IMG/VR virus record: IMGVR_UViG_3300037762_000210
Coordinates: 1-49,396 of that record
Length of the DNA: 49,396 nt
Source of the DNA: a virus
Taxonomy: Duplodnaviria; Caudoviricetes
Reading direction: 5' to 3' (one strand)
Shown here piece by piece: positions 10,198-20,518 of this stretch; positions within the stretch are counted from its first letter, which is position 1; every line of letters begins with the position of its first letter. Both the position numbers and the translations under genes were made by a program. The notes below the pieces were generated by a model. It was not told where the DNA came from, ran no database searches, and was given only the letters and a program-made list of their open reading frames with translations.

Positions 10198-13100
10198 GCT
10201 CCGACCTCTACGAGCGCGAGATCGCCGATCGCCTGGAGGGCTTCGAGCCCGTCAACCGGGTCGAGCCAGGGGCCTTCGACGGGTTCCTGCGCGGCACGGG
10301 CCTGAGCGCGATGCACGCCCTTGCGCGTACCGGCGCCGGCGTCGACATCGTCGGCGCGCTGGGGCCCATCGCCCAAGACACGATCACCGGCGGCACCGAG
10401 GCCCAAGACCGCTACTTCAAGGAGCACGACGAGCTCTACGGCCGGGCGATGGAGTTCTGGACCCCGAAGCCCGACGAGGTCGGCATCGCCGGCCAGATCA
10501 CCGGGGAGCTCCTCACCATGATCCCGATGGTCGTCGCCTCACCGGGCTTGACGGTCGCGGGCCTGCAGGTGGGAGAAGCGCTCGAACTCATGCGCCGCGG
10601 GGCAGGCTGGAAGGAGGCTCTTGGCGTGGGCACCGTCCAGGCCGCCGGCCTGGGCCTAGGGATCTACGTCCCCATCCTCGGGCGCACCCTAGCGCAGCGA
10701 GTGCTCCTGGGCGGGGCCGGCTTCAACATCATCCAGGGTGCGGGTACGCGGGGCGCGTCGGAACTGGTGCTGAAGGACCACCCCGCGCTCGCCCAGATCT
10801 ACGGCGCGCTGGATCCGGCCTACCTCACGATGGACATCCTGCTCGGCCTCGCCTTCGGCGGGCTTGCCCACGTGAGCCCGGCGATGCGCGCGCAAGGCGG
10901 CGAAGCGCTCGTGCGCCTCGAAAAGTGGCTCCAAGGCGCGGACAGCGCCACCAAGGACGCGCTCGCCACCATGAGGCAGGCCCAGCACTTGGGCGCCGAC
11001 AGCCTCCCAGGCAGGCCTGTGGAGCCCAAGGACGCCGCGTTCCACGTGGAACGCGTGCGCCGGGCGATTGAGCAAGCCGCGAGAAACGAGCCCGTGGACG
11101 TCTCCGACATTCCCGAGCCCAAGACCGAACCCCTCCCTGAAATCCAAGCCGAGCGCGCGGCGAACCTCGAGCAGCTGGTGGCCGCTGCCGAGGAGGTCCG
11201 GGTAGCCGAGGACCTGCCGGCCGCGCCCGAGGAGCCGGTCGCGCCCCGGCGCTTCGTGGCCGAGAACCTGACCCTCGTCCCGGTCGAGCAGCAAGCGAGG
11301 GTGCTCGGCCAGGCGGTCGAGAACCGCCTTCTGGAGCTCAAGCTCGACGAGGGCCAGGCGAAGGCGAACGCGGCGCTCTGGGAGGCATTCTTCGAAACGA
11401 CGAGCAGGAAGTACGGCGTGCGGGTGGACGCGCTTCTGGCGACCTACGGCATTGACGTGCGCCGCATGAGCCGGGCAGACCTCGAGCAGATGATGCCCGA
11501 GGCGCTCGCGCAGCAGGAGCTTGACCGGCCTGCGGCCAAGGCACGCGTGGACGAACTGAAGCGCCTGATCGAGCCGCTTGCTCGAAAGGGCGAGTTGACG
11601 AAGACCGAGGCCGACCGCTACGAGGGGCTGGTCAGGGAAATGGAGGGCATCCGCCACACCCTCGCCAAGCCCGCCAGAGCCGAAGACGTGGCGAGCGCGG
11701 CCGAGCGCAAGAGCACGCTCTCGGCCAAGGTGAGCGCGACCGCCTACAACGATCTGCTGGGCAACCGAGAAGTCTTCGCTGCCATCAGGGAAGCCGCAGC
11801 CGGCGCGCGATTCGACCGGGCCACCGCCGTCGACCGCATCGTCTCGGGCGAGAACGCGCGCGTGACGGCGCGCCAGCTGTACGACGCCTTCGCATCGACC
11901 AGGCAGGCGCTGCGCGAGCAGTACGGCCCGAGCCTCACCCTCTACCGCGCGACTGGCAAGCAGCGCCGGAAGCCCACTACCAACTGGGCCACCACCAGGG
12001 CGTTCGCCGAGCAGTTCGGCAAGGACATCATCACCAAGCAGGTGCTGATCGACAACGTGCTCGCCGTGCACACGACGAAGGCGGGCAAGTACCACGAGGT
12101 GATCGTGGTTGATAAGCCCCCAGAGCGGGCGCTCTCCGGGATGCCGCTCTTCCAGGCACTCGAGCGTGGCGCGATCAGGATCGGCCCCGAGACCGTGATC
12201 GGCCTATTCGAGAAGGCCGACGCCTCCACCTTCGCCCATGAATCGGCGCACCTCTTTCTCACGATGACGCGCGATCTCGCCTCCCGCGGCGGCGCGCCGC
12301 TCGAGGCTCTGCAGGACTGGTCCACGCTCGCCAAGTGGCTGAAGCTCGAAGGCGGCGAGATCACCCGAGCCCAGCAGGAGCAGTTCGCCACTGGCTTCGA
12401 GCGCTACCTCGCCGAAGGCAAGGCCCCATCCGAGGAACTGCGCTCGGTCTTCCAGCAGTTTCGCGACTGGCTGATCCAGATCTACCGCTCGGTCGCAGCA
12501 ATCGCCGAGGATCTGCCCGACGAGATTCGCGGGGTCATGGACCGCATGCTGGCAAGCGAGCGACGTGACCCCACCCCGAAAGCCAAAGGGCCCCCGCCCG
12601 CCGAGGCCGAGCCTCCTCCTCCTCCTGGCGAGGCTGGAGCGGCGGGGCGCCCCGAGGCCCGCGGCATAGACCAAGACTGGCGAGCGCGCATGGGCGAACC
12701 CAGCGCGCCCGCGCGCGTCGTGCCGACCCTCCCGCTCGCCGATCCGGCGATCGCCGGCAAGGTCGACCTGATGCTCGCCGCCGAGCTGGGCTGGGAGCAG
12801 ATCGGCGGGCGGCGCGCGCGTGCCGACATCTCGAGGAGCTCGGGGCAGCCGAACTTCACCGAGTGGATCCCCAAGTCCGAACTCTGGCCAAGCCGGCCCG
12901 CGAAGCACCTGAACGAGGCCCAGGTGCGCCGGGCAGTCGAAAAGGCCCGCGCCGGCGAGCGCCTCGGCACGGCCGAGCAAGCGACGGTCGACTACCTCGT
13001 GCGCCTGGCAAACGAGCGCATGGCTGACATCGAGGCGATCGGCGGCCCCGAGGAGTGGAACGCCGCCGCGCGCGAAGCCGCCGACGCCGGGCTCGAGCCC

Positions 13101-13541
13101 TCCACCCAGACCATCCAGGACGTCGACGCGATCGCGCGCGCTTCCCAAGCCGACGAGCTCGCAGTGGAAAGGGCGGCCCAGAAGTACGAGAATGACGAGC
13201 CGGCCTTCATGGCCGAGATCAGGAGGATCCTTGGCAAGGAAAAACCCAGGGCCGCAGAAGCACCGGGTGAGCGCGCTCCTGAAGGCGGCGCGCAAACTCG
13301 CGGCGAGCAGGCGGGAAGAAGAGGCGAGCCCCAAGAGCCCGACCCGCTCCGCGAGGCCGCGCTCCGAGTAGTCGAAGCCGACCCCGAACGCCTGATCCCC
13401 GTCGGCACCGACGCCGACGGCAACCCCACCTACAAGACGCTGCGCCAGTACCTGGACGACGAACTCCTCGACGCAGCCGATGCGCGCGAGGACGCGAACC
13501 TCGTACGCGCTGCCGCGCAGTGCCTCTATGGGAAGGGCTGA
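10194..13541 (+). CDS. Large polyvalent internal virion protein with ART-like and HExxH zincin-like domains
   Basis: 1115 aa; N-terminal hydrophobic segments; LTLYRA...NWATT...YHEVIV segment; ADASTFAHESAH...EQFATGFERYL motif; ends AAQCLYG. Confidence 0.7.
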   Translation: MSSDLYEREIADRLEGFEPVNRVEPGAFDGFLRGTGLSAMHALARTGAGVDIVGALGPIAQDTITGGTEAQDRYFKEHDELYGRAMEFWTPKPDEVGIAGQITGELLTMIPMVVASPGLTVAGLQVGEALELMRRGAGWKEALGVGTVQAAGLGLGIYVPILGRTLAQRVLLGGAGFNIIQGAGTRGASELVLKDHPALAQIYGALDPAYLTMDILLGLAFGGLAHVSPAMRAQGGEALVRLEKWLQGADSATKDALATMRQAQHLGADSLPGRPVEPKDAAFHVERVRRAIEQAARNEPVDVSDIPEPKTEPLPEIQAERAANLEQLVAAAEEVRVAEDLPAAPEEPVAPRRFVAENLTLVPVEQQARVLGQAVENRLLELKLDEGQAKANAALWEAFFETTSRKYGVRVDALLATYGIDVRRMSRADLEQMMPEALAQQELDRPAAKARVDELKRLIEPLARKGELTKTEADRYEGLVREMEGIRHTLAKPARAEDVASAAERKSTLSAKVSATAYNDLLGNREVFAAIREAAAGARFDRATAVDRIVSGENARVTARQLYDAFASTRQALREQYGPSLTLYRATGKQRRKPTTNWATTRAFAEQFGKDIITKQVLIDNVLAVHTTKAGKYHEVIVVDKPPERALSGMPLFQALERGAIRIGPETVIGLFEKADASTFAHESAHLFLTMTRDLASRGGAPLEALQDWSTLAKWLKLEGGEITRAQQEQFATGFERYLAEGKAPSEELRSVFQQFRDWLIQIYRSVAAIAEDLPDEIRGVMDRMLASERRDPTPKAKGPPPAEAEPPPPPGEAGAAGRPEARGIDQDWRARMGEPSAPARVVPTLPLADPAIAGKVDLMLAAELGWEQIGGRRARADISRSSGQPNFTEWIPKSELWPSRPAKHLNEAQVRRAVEKARAGERLGTAEQATVDYLVRLANERMADIEAIGGPEEWNAAAREAADAGLEPSTQTIQDVDAIARASQADELAVERAAQKYENDEPAFMAEIRRILGKEKPRAAEAPGERAPEGGAQTRGEQAGRRGEPQEPDPLREAALRVVEADPERLIPVGTDADGNPTYKTLRQYLDDELLDAADAREDANLVRAAAQCLYGKG

Positions 13542-14119
13542 TGGCAAACCTCCTCACCGGCAAGAACGGAACCTATCGACTACGCGCGCCCTCGCCCGCG
13601 CCCCCAAGCGACCTGTACAGCCAGATTGCCATGCAGGCTGTGATGTGCGACTACGGACGCCTGCACGCCGAGCTGGAGACCGCCATCCAAGGGCTCGAAA
13701 CCGCCACACGAGCACTCGAAGTGGAGCGAGCCCGCACTGGCGAACTGCACACACAGCTTGCCACCGAAGCCGGCATGCGTAATGGTCACGCCGCCGAGAT
13801 GGCGGCAGCCAAGGCCTCGATCAGCACGCTCGAGCGTGAACTCCGAGCCTTGACCGCGAAGCTGGGCGAGCTTCAAACCGAGCACGCCACCACCAAGAGC
13901 GCACTCGAGGTGGCCAACAAGCCGGTGCCCCAGGACAGGGAGTTCGCCACTGCCGGGCTTGCCGCACTCGCGCGCCTCGAACAACAGCTCGCGCAACTCG
14001 CCACGCGCCCAGCCCCAACAGCCACAGAAGCACCCGCCTACGAGATGGTGGTAGTGGCGCGCGACGTCAACCTGCGCCCGCACCGAGTAAGGCTCACACC
14101 CTTGAAGGAGAACCCATGA
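13541..14119 (+). CDS. Coiled-coil hypothetical protein
   Basis: ATG overlaps the previous TGA; heptad-like middle region; ends VVARDVNLRPHRVRLTP. Confidence 0.6.
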   Translation: MANLLTGKNGTYRLRAPSPAPPSDLYSQIAMQAVMCDYGRLHAELETAIQGLETATRALEVERARTGELHTQLATEAGMRNGHAAEMAAAKASISTLERELRALTAKLGELQTEHATTKSALEVANKPVPQDREFATAGLAALARLEQQLAQLATRPAPTATEAPAYEMVVVARDVNLRPHRVRLTPLKENP

Positions 14120-14556
14120 GCAAACTGGATGCGTTCGAGTACGACTTCATGCGCCAAGTCTTCAACGGCACGGCGATCGCGAACATCAGTGCCACGGCCG
14201 GCACGACGACGCTCTGGGCTGGCCTGCACACGGCCGACCCTACTGATGCAGGATCGACCGCGAACGAAGGTGGATACGCGGCATACGCGCGCGTCGCCGT
14301 CGAACGCTCAACCACGGGGTGGGCGGCCACGAGCGGCACTGCGGGCGCTGCGGCGAGCGTAAGCCCGGTGGCGAATATCGACTTCCCCCAAGTCGCCACC
14401 ACCTCGACGGGTACCTTCACGCACTTTACCGTCTACCCAGCATCGGACTCGACCGGAGCCGCTGGGCTATACAACGGGACAGTGACCCCGAACATCAACT
14501 TCAGCCAGAACGTCACCCCGAGGATTACCACAGGAAGCTCACTCACCGAGACCTGA
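14116..14556 (+). CDS. Ser/Thr-rich fibre/structural protein, paralog of 20493-20945
   Basis: 146 aa; LHTADP...EGGY..Y.RV...NIDFPQ motif of small phage fibre proteins; AAGGAG RBS. Confidence 0.75.
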   Translation: MSKLDAFEYDFMRQVFNGTAIANISATAGTTTLWAGLHTADPTDAGSTANEGGYAAYARVAVERSTTGWAATSGTAGAAASVSPVANIDFPQVATTSTGTFTHFTVYPASDSTGAAGLYNGTVTPNINFSQNVTPRITTGSSLTET

Positions 14557-14560
14557 GCCG

Positions 14561-15766
14561 ATGGCAATCGACTACAAGTCGCAGGGCGCTGGCGCAGAGA
14601 CGGAGTCGAACGGCGCTGCGCTCAACCTAGTCGCCCCGGCGGTGGTGGCGGCGAACGACATCCTCGTCGCCCACGTCGTTCACCTGAACGCCACGACCGC
14701 GCCAACGGAGCCGGCTGGATGGGCGACGCTATTCGGCCCGTCCGGTCTCGGGACAGGGACCCCGACCGGACGAGCGTGGTGCTTCGGCAAGATCGCTGTC
14801 GGCGACGAGGACGGCGCCACGATCAGCTTCGGGACGAACGGCGGCACGTCCGGCCGCTTCGGGCGCATCTACTCATTCTCGGGCTACGTTTCGGGAACGA
14901 TCACCGACGTGATCCCGGCCGCGAGCTTCGCGGAGAACTCGTCCGAGACTGACCCGGCCATCCAGGCTGTCACGACGACGGTCGCCGGAGCGAAAGCCGT
15001 CGCGCTCGTCTCTCAGGACGACGATAACGCCCACTCCGGTCTGGGCGCTGTAACGGGCGGGACGTGGGTGGAGGCGGTAGCGGACTTCATCTCGACTACG
15101 GTCGGGGCGCAGGGCGGCTGTATGCAAATTCAGGTCGGCACCCCGACCTCGGACCCCGGCACGATCTCGGGCGGCACCGTCGCTGGCACGAACGACGAAG
15201 CCAACACGATCTGCTTTGAAATAAGGCCGAATGCTCCTGCGGTGACCGCAGATGGCGCCGGCGCCTCTACCGGAACCAGCACGGCGATTGCAACCGGCGC
15301 CTCGATCGCCGCCGCCGCTGCCTCGAGCACCGGAACCTCCACCGCAAGTGGCATCGGGGCTTCTATCTTTGCCGCAGTGATGAGCGCTGCGGGTGTTTCA
15401 ACGGCCGAAGCGGTCGGCGAGGAGGTTGCAGCCGGCACAATTGAAGCTGGGGACGGCTTCAGCGAAGGCGCAGCGAGCGCGCTTGCCGAAGGAGCCAGTC
15501 TCGCGGCCGCCGAGGCCTTCTCGAGCGGGGCGAGCGACGTCCAAGCAGTGGGCGTCGAAGTTGGCGGCACGCCAGCCCCGGAGCCAGAACCGGAGCCCAC
15601 GGTGCCAGTGGGTAGCGGGGGCGCAATCGGTCGTAACCCATGGCTCGAGCAGCGCCGGCGCGACGAGGCCGAACGCGAACTCGAAGAAGCAGAGCTGCAG
15701 GCCCTCATGCGCGCCGCGGTGCAGCAACTCGCACGCGATCACATCAACCGGCAATTGGGACAATAG
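14561..15766 (+). CDS. Putative virion fibre protein with Ala/Ser/Thr/Gly repeats
   Basis: 401 aa; beta-rich N-domain, STGTSTA repeats, PEPEPEP linker and a charged C-terminal helix. Confidence 0.65.
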   Translation: MAIDYKSQGAGAETESNGAALNLVAPAVVAANDILVAHVVHLNATTAPTEPAGWATLFGPSGLGTGTPTGRAWCFGKIAVGDEDGATISFGTNGGTSGRFGRIYSFSGYVSGTITDVIPAASFAENSSETDPAIQAVTTTVAGAKAVALVSQDDDNAHSGLGAVTGGTWVEAVADFISTTVGAQGGCMQIQVGTPTSDPGTISGGTVAGTNDEANTICFEIRPNAPAVTADGAGASTGTSTAIATGASIAAAAASSTGTSTASGIGASIFAAVMSAAGVSTAEAVGEEVAAGTIEAGDGFSEGAASALAEGASLAAAEAFSSGASDVQAVGVEVGGTPAPEPEPEPTVPVGSGGAIGRNPWLEQRRRDEAERELEEAELQALMRAAVQQLARDHINRQLGQ

Positions 15767-15769
15767 CCT

Positions 15770-18394
15770 ATGGCTGGCTACCGGGACTGTCTCACCGCCC
15801 TCGCCCGCGCCGCCGGGCGCGAGCTCACCGACGACGAAGTCCGTGCCGTCTTCGAGCGCATTCACAAGGCCGCCCTCGACATCAAGGCGGGCCGCGCCGC
15901 GCCCGAAGACGTCGGGGCCGCCCGACGCGGCAAGGCGAAGGCGGTGCGCGCCGACGTCGACGCGGCCGCGGGCGCTGGCACCGCCGACGACTTGGTGCGC
16001 CAAGCGGCCAGCCGCGCCGCCGAGGAACTCGAGGCCGAGGCCGGCAAGGCCGAGCAGCGCGCCTACCTGCAGGTCGCCCGCATGGGCGCGCGCATGGCCG
16101 ATGCGGGCACCCTCGAGGCCGGTGGCATGGCACCCCTGGATGCGATCGACGTGATGATCGCCAGGGACTACAGCAGCCGCTCGAACGTCGACTCGCTCGA
16201 AGTGAAGGCGACCGGCTACCGGGCGCACTACTTCCGGCGCCTGACCGAGACCTGGGAGGCGCTGGGGAACGACTTCATGGGCTTCTTTCAGGACCCCGAC
16301 AAGGTGGTCGCGCTCGTGAAGGAGCTCCGCGGCGAGGATTCGGGCGAGCCGCTCGCGCGCCGCGGCGCGCAGGTTTTCCACGAAGTCGCCGAAGAAGCCC
16401 GCCAGACCTTCAACCAGGCGGGCGGCGCGATCGGCAAGCTCGAGAACTGGGGCCACCCCCAGCACCACAGCCAGGAGAAGGTGGCGATGGCCGGCAAGGA
16501 CCCGTGGATCGACGCGATCCTCCCGCGCCTGGATCGCGAGAAGTACTTGAACGAGCTGACGGGCGAGCGCTGGGACGAAGCCCAGATGCGCGAATTCCTG
16601 GGCCACGCCTGGGACACGATCGCGACGAACGGGCTCTCGAAGATCGTCCCGGGCAGGGGGCGTGGCTTCGGCGCCCGGGCGAACCGCCATGGCGAACACC
16701 GCGAGATCCACTTCAGGAGCGCCCAGGACACGATCGACTACTGGCGCGAGTACGGCGACCGCACGCTCCTCGAGATCCTGCACAGCCACATGGAAGTGAT
16801 GGCGAAGGACGTCGCCATGGTCGAGCACCTGGGGCCCAACCCGAACCTCACCTACCAGACGCTGCGGGATGCGGCACTGCAAAAAAGCGCCATGGCCGAC
16901 CCGAAGAATACGCCCCGCTACGAGAGCCGGGCGCTCCGTCTCGACAAGCTCTACAACTACGCCTCGGGCCGGGTGCTCCCGACCTACCGGCCGTGGCTGA
17001 GAAAAACGGCCGATGCGATCGCGCACGCGAACGTCTTCGGCAAGCTGGGCAGTGCCGCCATCACGTCGTTCTTCGGCGACAAGACGATGCTGGAAGCCGT
17101 GAGCCACCTGAACAACCTCCCGGCCCTGCAGCGCTGGGGGAACGAGCTCAGGATGATGAGCCCGACGAATGCCGCTGAGCGCCGGCTCCTGCAGCGCCAG
17201 GGCCTGATGCTCGATTCCATCCGCTCGGCGCTGCAGCGCTTCGGCGAGGAGCTGGGCTACTCCTCGGTGAGCGGCAGGATCGCCAACGCCGTCATGCGCC
17301 TGACCGGCATGCAGGCCGTGAACGACCTGAGAAAGGGCTCCTTCGGGCTGACGCTCATGGACGCGATCGGCACCGAGATCCGGGCCGGCAAGGCCTTCGA
17401 GCAGCTCGCCGACTCCGACGTGCGCACGCTACGCAACTACGGCATCACCCGGGCCGAGTGGGACACCTGGCGCCTCGCCAAGCTCGAAGACCTGGGCAAG
17501 GGCAACGACAGCGTACTCACCCCCGACGCGATCGCCAACATCACTGACGACGAGCTGCGCGCCGCAAACGTGATCAGCCAAGCGGGCGATGCCCGAGAGG
17601 CGAACGCCGCCCGCAGGATCGCGATCGTGAAGCTGCTGGGCGCGGTGAATTCCGAGAGCGACTTCGCCATCGTGACGCCTGGCTATCGCGAGCGCGCCGC
17701 CTTCTTCGGCGGGCTCGCCGCCGAGCGCGGTACGCTCCCAGGCGAGATCTACCGCTCGGCGCTGCAGTTTAAGAGCTTCCCCTGGGCTTTCTTCGCCCGC
17801 GGCATGGATTTCGTGGCCAACCAGAAGACCCCGATGGCGAAGACGGCGGCCACCGCCTACATCATCGTCTCGACCACGCTCGCCGGCGCCATGATTATGC
17901 AAACCAAAGAGATGCTCGCCGGCAAGGACCCGCGCCGGATGACGGACGAAAACTGGTACAAGTTCTGGGCCTCGGCCTTCGTCTACGGCGGGGCGCTGGG
18001 TTTTTACGCCGACTTCCTCTACAGCGTGAACCAGACTCGCTACGGCTCGGGGCCGATCGAGGCGATGAGCGGGCCGACGCTGGGGCCGCTGCTCGAACTC
18101 GCGCTCGTGCAACCCATGAACGCAGCAAAACGCGCGATCGAGGGCAAGGAAACCCACCTCGCCGCCCAGACGCTCACCGACCTGAAGGGCTTCGTGCCGG
18201 GCGGGAACGCCTGGTACGCAAAAGCGGTGCTCGATCACCTGATCTGGCAGCAGGTGATGGAGGCGCTCTCGCCCGGGTACCTCGGGAACATCCGCAGGAG
18301 AACACGGCGCGAGTACGGCCAGAGCTGGTGGTGGGATCTGGGCGAAACCGCGCCCGAGCGTGCCCCGCGCCTCGAGGAGGCCCTGCGCCGATGA
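15770..18394 (+). CDS. Large internal virion/ejection protein (gp16-like position)
   Basis: 874 aa; begins C..A...AAGRELT and carries GKLENWGHPQ, QFKSFP, GGALG.YADF and SPGYL...G..WWW motifs of the last ejection protein in epsilon15/BPP-1-type phages. Confidence 0.75.
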   Translation: MAGYRDCLTALARAAGRELTDDEVRAVFERIHKAALDIKAGRAAPEDVGAARRGKAKAVRADVDAAAGAGTADDLVRQAASRAAEELEAEAGKAEQRAYLQVARMGARMADAGTLEAGGMAPLDAIDVMIARDYSSRSNVDSLEVKATGYRAHYFRRLTETWEALGNDFMGFFQDPDKVVALVKELRGEDSGEPLARRGAQVFHEVAEEARQTFNQAGGAIGKLENWGHPQHHSQEKVAMAGKDPWIDAILPRLDREKYLNELTGERWDEAQMREFLGHAWDTIATNGLSKIVPGRGRGFGARANRHGEHREIHFRSAQDTIDYWREYGDRTLLEILHSHMEVMAKDVAMVEHLGPNPNLTYQTLRDAALQKSAMADPKNTPRYESRALRLDKLYNYASGRVLPTYRPWLRKTADAIAHANVFGKLGSAAITSFFGDKTMLEAVSHLNNLPALQRWGNELRMMSPTNAAERRLLQRQGLMLDSIRSALQRFGEELGYSSVSGRIANAVMRLTGMQAVNDLRKGSFGLTLMDAIGTEIRAGKAFEQLADSDVRTLRNYGITRAEWDTWRLAKLEDLGKGNDSVLTPDAIANITDDELRAANVISQAGDAREANAARRIAIVKLLGAVNSESDFAIVTPGYRERAAFFGGLAAERGTLPGEIYRSALQFKSFPWAFFARGMDFVANQKTPMAKTAATAYIIVSTTLAGAMIMQTKEMLAGKDPRRMTDENWYKFWASAFVYGGALGFYADFLYSVNQTRYGSGPIEAMSGPTLGPLLELALVQPMNAAKRAIEGKETHLAAQTLTDLKGFVPGGNAWYAKAVLDHLIWQQVMEALSPGYLGNIRRRTRREYGQSWWWDLGETAPERAPRLEEALRR

Positions 18395-18627
18395 AAGCCG
18401 CGGGCGCGTGGTGCCTGATGGCCGGCCTCTTCGCCGCAGCGAACGTGGTCGCCGCCGGCGTGATGCTCGTCCTCGGGCGGGCGCTGCAGATGCTCGTCCC
18501 CGCACCAGGGGCCGAGGTCTGGATCATGTACGCCGCGGGCGCCGCGGGCGCGCTCGCCGCGATCGCCTTCCTGCGCGGGGCCATGGCGGCAGCACCGCTC
18601 GGGCGAAAGTTCTACCATAGGAGCTGA
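18391..18627 (+). CDS. Small two-TM membrane protein
   Basis: ATGA overlap; GAGGAGG RBS; two hydrophobic helices in 78 aa. Confidence 0.55.
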   Translation: MKAAGAWCLMAGLFAAANVVAAGVMLVLGRALQMLVPAPGAEVWIMYAAGAAGALAAIAFLRGAMAAAPLGRKFYHRS

Positions 18628-18630
18628 CCT

Positions 18631-19356
18631 ATGGCACAGATCGACCGCACCATCGGGCTCGTAGGCCACACCGGGATCAAGGCCCCGGTGCGCGCGGCGA
18701 CGAGCGCCAACATCGCGCTCACCGGCGAGCAGACGATCGATGGCGTTGCCTGCGCCACCGGCGATGCAGTGCTGGTCAAGGACCAGAGCACGGGCGCCGA
18801 CAACGGCATCTACGTGGTCGACACCGGCACGTGGAGCCGCGCGAAGGATTTCGACGGCACCTTCGACGTGAAGAAAGGCAGCCTGGTCTATGTCAATGCC
18901 GGTACTACGAACCGGGGTCTGTGGGTGATCACCACCGATGACCCGATCACGCTCGGCACGACTTCGCTGGCGATTGCGCGTGCGCGCCTACAGCAGGAAA
19001 TGCTGCCGGTCGCCTGCTCCGACGAAACGAGCATTCTTACTGCGGGCGCACCCAAGGTCACGTTCCGCATGCCCTACGCCATGGAGCTCACGAGCATCAA
19101 AGGCTCCCTCACCACGGCCCAAGGTGCCGGGAGCATCTTCACCGTGGACGTGAACAAGAACGGCACGAGCATCCTCTCCACCAAGCTCACCATCGACAAC
19201 GGCGAGAAGACCTCTGTGACTGCTGCTACCGCCGCAGTGCTTTCCGACACGAGCCTCGCCGCCGACGATGAAGTTACCATCGACATCGACCAGATCGGGG
19301 ATGGCACGGCCACCGGCTTGAAAGTGTACTTGATCGGATTGCAGCCCGGCTCATGA
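18631..19356 (+). CDS. Tail fibre anchor protein
   Basis: 241 aa; LTGEQTIDGV...VLVKDQ..GADNGIY...W.RA.DFD N-domain shared with 20949; C-terminal DIDQIG...GLKV domain. Confidence 0.75.
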   Translation: MAQIDRTIGLVGHTGIKAPVRAATSANIALTGEQTIDGVACATGDAVLVKDQSTGADNGIYVVDTGTWSRAKDFDGTFDVKKGSLVYVNAGTTNRGLWVITTDDPITLGTTSLAIARARLQQEMLPVACSDETSILTAGAPKVTFRMPYAMELTSIKGSLTTAQGAGSIFTVDVNKNGTSILSTKLTIDNGEKTSVTAATAAVLSDTSLAADDEVTIDIDQIGDGTATGLKVYLIGLQPGS

Positions 19357-20384
19357 GCACACGCCGCCGACAACTCGGGTTCCTGCTCAATCCGTACCGC
19401 TTCGCGGGCACGGTGCAGCAAGGCGCGCTCAGCATGAACGGGGCCGCCACGCTCACATTCGTCGCGGCGAGCATCGCCGCGGCCCCAATCTCTGCTGACG
19501 GCATAGCCGACCTCGCGCTCAGCAACGATCAAGTAGGCGCCAGTGCGCTCAGCGTCGCGGGCGCATCGACCGTGACGCTGAGCGGGGCCAGCGACGCCGC
19601 GGGCGCGCTAAGCGCCGATGCGGCTGCAAGCCTCGACCTGACATCCGAGCCCGCCGCTCTCCTGGTGGACGCAGCAGACCTTGACGGCACCAATGATTAC
19701 GTGACGCGGGGCGCTGCATTGACTGGGCAGGCCGCGAGCAAGACCGGCATCCTCAGTTTCTGGATCGAACCCGATGCGCTAAATGCGCAACTGGCAGACT
19801 CGCTCGATAGCGATGGCGGTGGCTGGCATCCCTTGCAGTTGTTTCTCAACTCCGCCGGCAATCTGAGCTTCACGCTGAATTACGTGGGCGGTGTGGCCGT
19901 TTCCTGGAATCAGGGCTCGAATGCCTTGTCCGCAGCAGGTGGGTGGTACCACGTCTTGATTGCCTGGGATACCGCTGCCGGCACAGCCGGCAGCCAGTGC
20001 TACATCAACGATACCCTGGTGACTCTCACGACCCACACGGTAAACAACCAGAATGTGGCTTGGGACGGGGGAGATGACTACGCTGTGGGCGCGACCGTTT
20101 CCGGGGTCGCCAAGTTCAACGGCGGCATGGCTGAGTTCTACCTTGCCCCAGGACAACTGCTGGACTTCTCGGTGGAGGCGAACCGGCGCAAGTTCCGCAC
20201 CTCGGCCGGCAAGCCCGCCGACCTTGGAGCGAACGGCGAGACGCCGACCGGCACGGCAGCGCTGGTGTATCTGCATCTGGACGACGGCGAAACCGCCAAC
20301 AACTTCGCCATCAACCGCGGCACCGGCGGAAATTTAACGGTGACCGGAGCGTTAACCACGTTCGCCACGAGCCCGAGCGATTGA
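19353..20384 (+). CDS. Tail fibre protein with LamG/concanavalin A-like lectin domain
   Basis: 343 aa; DLDGTNDYV, SFWI, WYHVLIAWD, YIND and FNGGMAEF motifs of LamG-like domains. Confidence 0.75.
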   Translation: MSTRRRQLGFLLNPYRFAGTVQQGALSMNGAATLTFVAASIAAAPISADGIADLALSNDQVGASALSVAGASTVTLSGASDAAGALSADAAASLDLTSEPAALLVDAADLDGTNDYVTRGAALTGQAASKTGILSFWIEPDALNAQLADSLDSDGGGWHPLQLFLNSAGNLSFTLNYVGGVAVSWNQGSNALSAAGGWYHVLIAWDTAAGTAGSQCYINDTLVTLTTHTVNNQNVAWDGGDDYAVGATVSGVAKFNGGMAEFYLAPGQLLDFSVEANRRKFRTSAGKPADLGANGETPTGTAALVYLHLDDGETANNFAINRGTGGNLTVTGALTTFATSPSD

Positions 20385-20518
20385 TGTTTACAATCACGAC
20401 AGGTCTGTTTCTGATCGCGCTGGGCGCCGCCCTTGTCGCCGGTGGCATCGCTCTGGGCGTGGTGCGTATCGCCAAACTGAAGGAGCATCGCAATGCCAGG
20501 CAAATCCGATACTCTTGA
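20384..20518 (+). CDS. Small single-TM protein (44 aa, not in the ORF track)
   Basis: MFTITTGLFLIALGAALVAGGIALGVVRIAKLKEHRNARQIRYS; TGATG overlap with the upstream gene. Confidence 0.45.
   Translation: MFTITTGLFLIALGAALVAGGIALGVVRIAKLKEHRNARQIRYS

Noticed and set aside
5020-17107. Long antisense and alternate-frame ORFs (e.g. 5020-6972, 7852-9186, 10689-12095, 15398-17107)
   Set aside because: Shadow ORFs expected from GC3-rich coding; no motifs or RBS, unlike the nested MTase frame.
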